Below are positions 8,160 through 15,630 of a DNA stretch of 45,986 bases, in pieces. A program made the translations under genes and the position numbers. The notes below the pieces were generated by a model that searched no databases, was not told the origin of the DNA, and saw only the letters and a list, made by a program, of their open reading frames with translations. The stretch's first letter is position 1. The number at the start of each line of letters is the position of its first letter. Origin of the DNA: a virus (lineage: Duplodnaviria; Caudoviricetes); IMG/VR virus record IMGVR_UViG_3300015050_000968, positions 1 through 45,986 of that record. One strand, written 5' to 3'.

Positions 8160-8422
8160 TAGACTCCCTCCCCTGCCCGAGCGAGCGCCAGCTTGCCCTG
8201 GAGATACTCTTTGTGATTGCGCGTCGCTGCGCCCCGATAGGGCTGCGGCAGCGCGGCGTTGAAGCCGGTGCTGCTGGACGCGAGCCAGTTGGCTTCGAGC
8301 CAATCGTCGCCAGCGTCAACGGCGGCGCGCAGGTCCAGCTTCTGAATGTTCTGGGGGAAGCGACGCTCCTGCATCAGCTCCTGCCAGACCCGGTGCCGCT
8401 TGTTCTCGGAGAGTGCTGCCAT
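8159..8422 (-). CDS. Hypothetical protein (87 aa)
   Basis: Tiled ORF with plausible composition (KLDLRAAVDAGDDWLEAN..FNAALPQPYR). Confidence 0.65.
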   Translation of the reverse strand: MAALSENKRHRVWQELMQERRFPQNIQKLDLRAAVDAGDDWLEANWLASSSTGFNAALPQPYRGAATRNHKEYLQGKLALARAGEGV

Positions 8423-8426
8423 GGGA

Positions 8427-8834
8427 TCAGGTGCTCTGGAAGAGGCTCGCGCCGAAGTTGATGAGGAAGGTCTGGCCAGATGTCATCGTGACATCGCTGC
8501 CGTAGTCATACCAACAGATCAGCGAGTCAGACGTCGAGGTGTCGTTGTAGAGGCCGATGTAGCGGAACGTGGCCACCGTGCCGCTGGCTGTCAGCGTCAG
8601 GTCTGTGGCGACCGCCGAGTAGGTGCCGCTGGTCTGGGAGCTTGCCGAGATCGTCACCACGCGAGCCGATAAGTTCGTGTAGGCGATCGGCGTCAGGTTG
8701 GCCAAGATCGTGTTGGTGGCCACCGGGGCGTTGGCCGCAGCACACAGAAACACGGTGATCGTGTCGGCCCCCATGTTGTGCACCTTGTTGTGCACATCGG
8801 CGACGAAGCAGTTGAACTTGTTGTATGCGACCAT
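8427..8834 (-). CDS. Putative fibre/virion structural protein (135 aa)
   Basis: MVAYNKFN.FV.D...D.ITV.L...FRYIGLYNDT...LICWYDYG..VT..SGQTF; a family commonly found next to phage fibre genes. Confidence 0.7.
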   Translation of the reverse strand: MVAYNKFNCFVADVHNKVHNMGADTITVFLCAAANAPVATNTILANLTPIAYTNLSARVVTISASSQTSGTYSAVATDLTLTASGTVATFRYIGLYNDTSTSDSLICWYDYGSDVTMTSGQTFLINFGASLFQST

Positions 8835-8840
8835 GAGTGG

Positions 8841-9227
8841 TTACGAGGTTTGGAAGTCGAAGGTGGCGACCGCAGCGAATGCGCCGCCTGCTGTGCGCCG
8901 CCAGAGTGTAGCAGTCCAGTCGCCACTGGGGGCAGTGTCGGATCGCCACGAGACAGCGACGGTTGATGTGTCCATGTCGAGCGGGACCGGGATGCCCGGC
9001 TCGCCTTCCACGATGATGGTGCCGCCACCGATGGCGACAGCGAGCGAGGTCTGCCCAGCCGATGCGCTGGCGCCCTCGACTACGAACGGCTGCCTGTAGG
9101 ACGGCGGGGTCGGCACCGTGTCCACAGTCCCCGCGCCGGCCAACGCCTCAGCTTGGACCCATTCCCGCACCTGAGAGGTGGTTGGGCGGCCCTTGGCGAA
9201 CGTCTTGGGTAGGCGCGAGACCTTCAC
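8841..9227 (-). CDS. Hypothetical protein (128 aa)
   Basis: GTG start overlaps the portal stop (GTGA). Confidence 0.6.
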   Translation of the reverse strand: MKVSRLPKTFAKGRPTTSQVREWVQAEALAGAGTVDTVPTPPSYRQPFVVEGASASAGQTSLAVAIGGGTIIVEGEPGIPVPLDMDTSTVAVSWRSDTAPSGDWTATLWRRTAGGAFAAVATFDFQTS

Positions 9228-10969
9228 AGCAGCTGGCCTCCACCTGGGGGCGTGGCGATGCCGGGCTGCTGAGCAACAGCGGTCAAGGCGCTCGGCTGGC
9301 CGATCGGCGACGCGGCGAGATCTTTCACCGTCGCGGCCTGCTGTTGCTGCAGCTGGGCTTGAGCAGCCGCGGCCTCGGCGCGGCCTCGAGCCTCACGCAG
9401 CGCGCGCACCGTGTCGTCGTCCACGATCAGGTCGGTGTCGATGCCGAGCATGCGGCTGTAGCGGTCGACATACTTGTCGAAGTTGATCTTGTCGAGGATG
9501 TCGGGCTTGACCTGCGACAGCGCCACGATGTTGCCCATGAAGCGGTCGACGCTGTTGCTGCCGATCGCTCGCTGCGCCTGGGCCAGGATGCTGACGAACT
9601 CGACCGACAGGTCGACGCCGTAGAGCTCGGGCGGCGGCGGCGGGATCAGGCCAGCCTCGAGCATCTCGTCGAACGTGATGTCGATGAGCGGCTGCAGCAG
9701 CTCGTTGTGCAGGCGCTCGAGCGTCGGGCCGAGCATCAGCAGCTTCTCCTCGTGGCGCTCCGCGACCTCGGTCGCAGTCATGCGCGTGTCGGTGCCGGCG
9801 TTGGCCAACATCAGGAACAGGTCCTCGTAGAACGCCTGCTTGATGCGGACGCGCACGTCCTGGATGTCCATCAGCAGGTGGTCGAGCTCGAGGGTCACCT
9901 CGAAGGCGCTGCGGATGCCGCCGTTGGGCGAGACCTGATCGTAGGCGAGCAGGCTGCCCGGCTCGAAGTAGCTCACGCCACCCGGCAGCATCTCGCCGTC
10001 GCGGTCCTTCAGCGACGTCGGCACCTGCAGCGGTGGCTTCGTCTTGAAGTCGATCGCTTGGCCCTTGCGCAGCTGCTCCTGTTGGAGCTGGCGAACATCG
10101 CCCAGCGCTTCCATGCCGGGGCTCGTGCCGTAGACGTCGCCGCCGGCGACAGCCCAGCGTGGCGCCAACAGCGGGAACCGCTTGAACCCCGACTCGCGGA
10201 GCAGCTTGTTCTCCTCGCCGCCGAGCTCGAGGTAGCACGACTTGAACGGCATGTCCTTGGCGAGGGGGCTGCGCAGGTCGCGCTCGCGGTCCGACCGCGG
10301 CTCGATGACGTGCAGGATGTCGACCGTGTTCTCGAGGTCGCCGGCGGTGAACATCTGCTGCACCGCGATGCTGCAGTTCTCGTAGCCGAACTCCTTCACC
10401 GTCTCGCCGACCGTCTTCTGGAACTCGCGGTAGACCGCGACGATCTGGCCCTTGTAGTTCTGCTGCAGCGAGTATTCGCCGCAGGTCAGCGGGTAGCAGT
10501 GGATGACGTTGTCGAAGTCAGGCAGCACGAGCACCGCGGCCGTGCCGAAGGCGCCGAGCTCCTCGTAGGCTTGGTGCAGAGCCCGGTAGACGTTGCTCTT
10601 CGCGAACACGCGCTGCATGCGCTCCACGACGTCGTCGAGCCACTCGCGCACCGAGTAGAGCTCGGACAGGTCGGGGTCGGGCGTCGACAGGCGGAACCAG
10701 GGACGCGCCGGCGACGTGGCGCCAGCCATCATGCCTGCGCCGAGCACGCGCAACGCGCGGGTGCCGGTGTTGTCGTAGATCTTGTTGTAGAGCTCGCGGC
10801 CGGTGCGGTTGCGGTCGCTGACGAAGAACCGGCCGTTGCGCGGCAGGATGTGCTTGGTGACGTCGGACCAGTGCGTGATCCACGTCGACCGCTCGGTCTT
10901 CAGCGCGCCGTTGCGCCGCATGTAGGCGGTGCGTCGGTCGGGCTTGGTCTGCATCGAGAGCGTCGTCAT
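9224..10969 (-). CDS. Portal (head-tail connector), T7 gp8/Bbp21-like
   Basis: IYDNTG.RA..L.AGMMAGATSPARPWF, YGTSPGMEALGD, MTATEVAERHEEKL..LGP; start could be GTG at 10978. Confidence 0.95.
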   Translation of the reverse strand: MTTLSMQTKPDRRTAYMRRNGALKTERSTWITHWSDVTKHILPRNGRFFVSDRNRTGRELYNKIYDNTGTRALRVLGAGMMAGATSPARPWFRLSTPDPDLSELYSVREWLDDVVERMQRVFAKSNVYRALHQAYEELGAFGTAAVLVLPDFDNVIHCYPLTCGEYSLQQNYKGQIVAVYREFQKTVGETVKEFGYENCSIAVQQMFTAGDLENTVDILHVIEPRSDRERDLRSPLAKDMPFKSCYLELGGEENKLLRESGFKRFPLLAPRWAVAGGDVYGTSPGMEALGDVRQLQQEQLRKGQAIDFKTKPPLQVPTSLKDRDGEMLPGGVSYFEPGSLLAYDQVSPNGGIRSAFEVTLELDHLLMDIQDVRVRIKQAFYEDLFLMLANAGTDTRMTATEVAERHEEKLLMLGPTLERLHNELLQPLIDITFDEMLEAGLIPPPPPELYGVDLSVEFVSILAQAQRAIGSNSVDRFMGNIVALSQVKPDILDKINFDKYVDRYSRMLGIDTDLIVDDDTVRALREARGRAEAAAAQAQLQQQQAATVKDLAASPIGQPSALTAVAQQPGIATPPGGGQLL

Positions 10970-10970
10970 G

Positions 10971-11300
10971 TCACCCACCCAGCAACGAGGACTGGCCCAG
11001 CTTCATCGCGGACCGTGAGACTCCCGACTGCCCCGAGAGCATCGTAGACGATGGACCAGACAGCGCGCGCTTCTGCTCCTGGGCGAGCAGCGACATGGTG
11101 TCGGGGCTCTTGCCGTTGGCCTTGGCAGACTCCATGGCTGCGCGCTTCTCGGCATACATGGCTTTCGAGGCGGACTCCTTCTGAGCCTGCTCCTGTGACC
11201 GCAGGGAGCGCTTCTGGGCGCCAGCCTGCTTCTCGCCTTGGTAGACCGTCGCAGCGAGCGACGCGGCACCCATGACCATCGCAGCGCCAGAGAAGCCCAT
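10971..11300 (-). CDS. Small pre-portal virion protein (T7 gp7.3/Bbp22-like, 109 aa)
   Basis: Ala/Gln-rich, ends TMLSGQSGV...LGQSSLLGG; position immediately upstream of the portal gene. Confidence 0.7.
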   Translation of the reverse strand: MGFSGAAMVMGAASLAATVYQGEKQAGAQKRSLRSQEQAQKESASKAMYAEKRAAMESAKANGKSPDTMSLLAQEQKRALSGPSSTMLSGQSGVSRSAMKLGQSSLLGG

Positions 11301-11302
11301 GG

Positions 11303-11782
11303 TCAGAGCTCCTTGCTGAAGAGGATGTCCTGCACGCCGTAGCCGGCTTTCGGCAGGATGCGCTCGAGCGCGGTGCCCTGCTTCGCGTGCCAGACGATCA
11401 TCTGGCAGCCATTCTCCTTGGCGGCCGCTTCGGTCGCTGCGATCAGCCGGCGGCCGCGACCGCGGTGCGCCTTCGCGACGAACAGCACATCGTTCTGGCA
11501 GAACCGCAGCTTGCCGTAGTGGATGTGCTGCATCAGGAAGTTGACCGAGTAGCCGACCAACGTCTCCTTGTCGCCGTCCTTCAGGAACAGCCCCAGAGCG
11601 AGCAGCGCGTCGCGCTCCTCGAGCTCGTAGTAGGAGGTCCAGATCGGGTCGAGGACCATCACGCGCTTGTTGAGCGCGATCTCGTCCCAGTGCTCCGTCA
11701 GCAGCTGCTGGGCGCTCTCGCGGATGAGGTCGACGCCAACGGGGCGGATCCTGAACTTCGGTGCGGTGGAGGTCCTGGGCAT
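11303..11782 (-). CDS. GNAT-family acetyltransferase (159 aa)
   Basis: LVGYSV...DVLFVAKAHRG.GRRLI.ATE..AKENG...GY matches GNAT motif A/B. Confidence 0.8.
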   Translation of the reverse strand: MPRTSTAPKFRIRPVGVDLIRESAQQLLTEHWDEIALNKRVMVLDPIWTSYYELEERDALLALGLFLKDGDKETLVGYSVNFLMQHIHYGKLRFCQNDVLFVAKAHRGRGRRLIAATEAAAKENGCQMIVWHAKQGTALERILPKAGYGVQDILFSKEL

Positions 11783-11816
11783 CGAGCCGAACCGTAGGCA
11801 GGTGCCACATTCCCAC

Positions 11817-12092
11817 CTAGCCCATCGGATTCCCGCGCGGGGGCTGCGGCCCGCCGTTGTGCTTCGCTCGCTCGGCGGCGACCCGATCGAACTCGTCTAG
11901 AGCCTGCGGATCCATCGCGTCTCGGAACGCGTGGTCAGGATCAGGCTCAGGCAGATCGAAGTCAGGATCGAACTCAGGTGGTTCGTTGTCCTCAGGGGGG
12001 AGCTCTTCCTCGGCCTTGATGGTCTCGAGGAAGTCGTCGAAGTCGTCGTCGTCGGACCTGTCGCCGGGATCAGAGGTCTTTGTAGGGGTCAT
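11817..12092 (-). CDS. Highly acidic hypothetical protein (91 aa)
   Basis: D/E/P-rich; starts inside the last codons of TerL and fills the gap before the GNAT gene. Confidence 0.55.
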   Translation of the reverse strand: MTPTKTSDPGDRSDDDDFDDFLETIKAEEELPPEDNEPPEFDPDFDLPEPDPDHAFRDAMDPQALDEFDRVAAERAKHNGGPQPPRGNPMG

Positions 12093-13587
12093 ACTCGGCT
12101 GGCCTGCCTCGCAGCAGGGCCTGTGCGTGGTGACGCTTCGGGGTGTCCATCAGGGCCAGGATGTAGGCGCTGCCATAGTCAGGCGAGCGGCCCAGCTTGT
12201 CGATGATCTCCTCGCGCGACTGCACCTGGATGCACTGGCCCGACAGCTTCCACTTCGGGGTGCACAGGTCGGCGAGCAGCTGCTTGTCGGGCGGCAGGCA
12301 GATGCCGGTGTTGCGCGCCGGCTCGAGCGCTTCGCGCATGCGCCACCACAGCTCGCTGCGCTGGTTCTTGAACGGCAGGCGCCCGTCTTGGGCGATGCCT
12401 CGAGCTGGCTCGCCGACGTTGCACCCGATCGTCTGCTGCCCGGTTGCCATCAGCTGGCCGAACGGCTGCGCGCCCACGCCGAACAGGTCGATGTGGATCA
12501 CCGCGTGGTCGCGCTTCGCCGCCAGGATGTAGCCGGCAACCGTCGGCCCGTCCTGGCACTGATCGCCGCGGTAGGTGATCGGCTTGTCGAACCACATGCC
12601 GTGCCGGCGCGCGATCACGGTGTTGTCCCGCCCCTTCATCGCGACGTCGACGCCCACGCTGTCCATCGGCGGCAACCGGGCTGGGAGCGTCCAGCGTGCC
12701 ATGGCTTCCTCGATCCAGCGTGTGGGGATCACCTGGAAGGGGTCGTCCTCGACACCAGCGTGGAAGTCACCGTAGAGCAGCTGGGAGCGAAGCGGCTCCG
12801 GCATCGACATCAGCTGCCGCATGTAGCCCGTGCCCATCAGGTGCGGGTTGTCGGTGATGCGGCTCGGGATGAACGTCCTCGAGCTCGGCTGCGTCAGTTC
12901 CTCGCCGGTCATGAACGGCTCGGGCCCATCGACCTCGATCTCCTTGCCGTCGACCACCGCGAACCACCGGAGCTCACCGGGCTGCGCCGGCTTCGGGTGC
13001 TTCTTGTCGAGCCACGGCGCGAAGTAGCTGATGACCCATCGACCCTCGACCGAGGTGGGTGGGTTGAAGTTGATGAGCACCCGACAGCGCTGGCCTGGGT
13101 CGGTCGTGCGCAGCCAGCCCATCAGGAACTTCGGCGCCTCCTCGCGCATCTCGGCGGCCTCATCGAACACGAGCAGGTCGTGCGGCCTGCCGCGATACTT
13201 GGCCTCATCGCCAGTGCTGGGGAACGAGCCGAACTCGAGCTGCACGGGCACACCGTCTGGCCGCTTCAGGCGCCAGATGCCGTTGCTGCCGTTGTGGCCC
13301 TCGCGCGTGCCCAGGATCGCAGCGATGTCGTCGACCACCGCGGTCAGCTCGGTGCCGGTCTGACGGAAGAACCCGACCCGCTGGTGCTGCGTCAGCGACA
13401 GGCCGATGGCGAGGTGCGTCTTGCCCCCGCCTGCAGCGCCGCCGTAGCCCACCACGTCGGCCTTCGACTCGTAGGCCATGGTCTGAGGCCCCGGCAGCGG
13501 CTTCCACAGCTTGGGCGGCCCAGCGTCGAGCAGACGGTCCATCTCGGTCCGCTCTGCCGGCGTCAGAAAGTCGATGTCCTTGGTCAC
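12070..13587 (-). CDS. terL: Terminase large subunit (505 aa)
   Basis: Walker A GGAAGGGKT, Walker B LLVFDEA, coupling motif FNPP, nuclease GVDVA..G.D and RSPDY. Confidence 0.95.
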   Translation of the reverse strand: MTKDIDFLTPAERTEMDRLLDAGPPKLWKPLPGPQTMAYESKADVVGYGGAAGGGKTHLAIGLSLTQHQRVGFFRQTGTELTAVVDDIAAILGTREGHNGSNGIWRLKRPDGVPVQLEFGSFPSTGDEAKYRGRPHDLLVFDEAAEMREEAPKFLMGWLRTTDPGQRCRVLINFNPPTSVEGRWVISYFAPWLDKKHPKPAQPGELRWFAVVDGKEIEVDGPEPFMTGEELTQPSSRTFIPSRITDNPHLMGTGYMRQLMSMPEPLRSQLLYGDFHAGVEDDPFQVIPTRWIEEAMARWTLPARLPPMDSVGVDVAMKGRDNTVIARRHGMWFDKPITYRGDQCQDGPTVAGYILAAKRDHAVIHIDLFGVGAQPFGQLMATGQQTIGCNVGEPARGIAQDGRLPFKNQRSELWWRMREALEPARNTGICLPPDKQLLADLCTPKWKLSGQCIQVQSREEIIDKLGRSPDYGSAYILALMDTPKRHHAQALLRGRPAEYDPYKDL

Positions 13588-13943
13588 CTCGGCTCTTCAA
13601 ACCCCCATCGAGCCTCGAACGGCGAGGCCGGGCGCCACCTGACCTCGGGCAGCTGGGAGCGGATCACCATCCGGCTCGAGGACAGCGGCGGGATGCGCGC
13701 CAGCGCGCGCTCCATCTTGTCGACGATCACCTGAGCATCTCGAGCTGACAGCGCGCTGTTCGGCATGTCCGGCTCGCCGTGATACCAGTAGGCGACAGGG
13801 TCGGCCACGGGCCCACGCAGCTGGTTGTTGAACTTGATCGGGATGCCCTTGAAGGACATCGGCTCAGCCTTCGGCTGGTAGATGCGCGCCGCGGCTGCCA
13901 TCGCAGTGCCGAGCAGCGCGCCCAAGAATCCGCGTCGGTTCAT
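13584..13943 (-). CDS. Twin-arginine-signal protein containing capsid-like segments (119 aa)
   Basis: MNRRGFLGALLGTAMAAAA N-terminus; internal segments resemble this phage's MCP; translationally coupled on both sides. Confidence 0.7.
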   Translation of the reverse strand: MNRRGFLGALLGTAMAAAARIYQPKAEPMSFKGIPIKFNNQLRGPVADPVAYWYHGEPDMPNSALSARDAQVIVDKMERALARIPPLSSSRMVIRSQLPEVRWRPASPFEARWGFEEPR

Positions 13944-14383
13944 CGTGTCATCCTACTGTGGTGCTCCCCCCTTGGGACGCCGCACACCATAGCGATGCCC
14001 AGCTGGGCCGCGGCGCCCTTCAAAGCCTGCTCAACAGCTTCGGCTGATCTTGCGGTGCCAAGCAGCTCCCTCGACAGGCAGTAGTCGGCCTGCAGGTAGT
14101 TGCCGGCCTCCTCGGTCATGAAGGCTGTGGGCACGTCGTAGAAGCGGCAGCGGATGGCGTTGCGCACGACGTCGGGCTCGCCCCACCTGCCGACCGCGCC
14201 CTGGCCGACGTGCTCGATGACCATCACCTGCTTGCGCTTCGAGTGGACCTGGGCGCGCAGCTTCTCGAGCTCGAGGCCGGTCATCGCCCACCTTGCATTC
14301 AGCTGGTCGAGCTGCCTGCTGTGGTCGACACCGCGCAGACCGTCGACCATCTGGCGCCACGCGAGCTTGAGGCGCTGGATCAC
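13940..14383 (-). CDS. Hypothetical protein (147 aa)
   Basis: Coupled GTGA/ATGA overlaps, GC3-rich. Confidence 0.65.
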   Translation of the reverse strand: MIQRLKLAWRQMVDGLRGVDHSRQLDQLNARWAMTGLELEKLRAQVHSKRKQVMVIEHVGQGAVGRWGEPDVVRNAIRCRFYDVPTAFMTEEAGNYLQADYCLSRELLGTARSAEAVEQALKGAAAQLGIAMVCGVPRGEHHSRMTR

Positions 14384-14568
14384 TTGCGCACCTCAGTCGG
14401 CACCATTCCGCGCTTCTGGAACTCGTCAGCGAGGATGCTGGCCCTGCGGCGGTCGTCCCAGTCCTTGAGCCAGAAGCCGACGATGCCGAACACCACAAGG
14501 AGCAGCACCAAGACCAGCGGCGAATTGAGCCATCGAACGATGGTTGCGTTGGTAGGGCCAATCTTCAT
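14380..14568 (-). CDS. Small single-TM membrane protein (62 aa)
   Basis: MKIGPTNATIVRWLNSPLVLVLLLVVFGIVGFWLK; ATGA overlap at 14565-14568. Confidence 0.6.
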   Translation of the reverse strand: MKIGPTNATIVRWLNSPLVLVLLLVVFGIVGFWLKDWDDRRRASILADEFQKRGMVPTEVRK

Positions 14569-15167
14569 GGATGCACCTTGCCGGTCGCGGCGGCGATGGC
14601 GATGGCAATTGCGGCATTCAGCGACGCTCGGTTCGGCTCGGCGAGGCAGTTGCACGGCTTGCCGAAGTAGCTGTGGCAGACCGGCCCCTCGTCGGCATGC
14701 GGCCACGGGTCGAGGTCGCGCACGGCGGCCACCAGCGCATCCAGCTTGGCCGTGAGGTCAATCGCCGCGTTCTGCGCCTGGAACAGGGCTTCGTTGCTGA
14801 CCTTCAGCTTGGCCTGGAGCGCGTCGCGTTCGGCCTTAATCTTCTCGATGCTCTCGACGACCCAACTCAGCCCGCCCGCAAGGCTGATGTCCACGCCCAG
14901 CACTGACCGCAACTTCTCGCGCTCCGCCTCGGCTGCGTCGAGCGCGTCGAGGAGGCGGGGGAGGGCGTTGCGGGCGGCGACGATCAGCGCGGCGCATGCC
15001 TTGCTGGTGTCCCCGCAAACGCTCTGGTAGTGCGACCACCCGTCGATGGGAACGCCAACAACCCAATCGTCGTCGAAGTCGCGGTGCGCCTGCCAGTCTT
15101 CAGTGTGTTTCGTGGCGGCATGCAGACGCCGCAATTTGGCGCGCTCCGCCTTGGTGGTCTTGGTCAT
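14565..15167 (-). CDS. Ead/Ea22-like protein with coiled coil and C-terminal Cys/His cluster (200 aa)
   Basis: LRRLHAAT...W...AALIVAARNALPRLLDAL motif; H...C......CNC. Confidence 0.6.
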   Translation of the reverse strand: MTKTTKAERAKLRRLHAATKHTEDWQAHRDFDDDWVVGVPIDGWSHYQSVCGDTSKACAALIVAARNALPRLLDALDAAEAEREKLRSVLGVDISLAGGLSWVVESIEKIKAERDALQAKLKVSNEALFQAQNAAIDLTAKLDALVAAVRDLDPWPHADEGPVCHSYFGKPCNCLAEPNRASLNAAIAIAIAAATGKVHP

Positions 15168-15170
15168 GGT

Positions 15171-15626
15171 TCAGGTCTCTTTCTCGCTCAGGGATCTGCG
15201 CAGCTTGGCTGCTTCCATCATCTCGTTGATGCGGGCCAGCCGCTGCTCGTCGGTCATGATGTTGACCGGTGGTAGGTCAGCCGCGCCACCGATCTGGGTC
15301 TTGTTACCGTAGCGAGCCGGATTGTTCCAGACCAGCCGCTTCTCGCGGCCCCAGACCTGCAGCTTCCGATGCTGCACGTCGTCAGGGTGCCGGCTCGACG
15401 TGTCGCAGATCTCGAGGATCTCGTCCTCGAGCGATTCAGCTGCTCGCTCCCTCGCGCGCGCGAGGCGTTGTGCTAGAGCGGGATCCTCGTCCCTCCAATC
15501 GTAGATCGTCGACGCGTTGATGCCTTCGCTCTTGGCGAAGGTTCGCAGCGTCTTGCCGCTCTCGATCCACTCGATGAGCCGATCGATCAGCGCGTCGGTC
15601 CGCTTGGTTGGTCTGGGTTTACCCAT
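15171..15626 (-). CDS. terS: Terminase small subunit (Sf6 gp1-like HTH, 151 aa)
   Basis: MGKPRPTKRT...IESGKTLR..AK..GI..STIYDW......LARARE..AE.L.DEILEI.D...RKL......K......PARYG. Confidence 0.8.
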   Translation of the reverse strand: MGKPRPTKRTDALIDRLIEWIESGKTLRTFAKSEGINASTIYDWRDEDPALAQRLARARERAAESLEDEILEICDTSSRHPDDVQHRKLQVWGREKRLVWNNPARYGNKTQIGGAADLPPVNIMTDEQRLARINEMMEAAKLRRSLSEKET

Positions 15627-15630
15627 CGCC

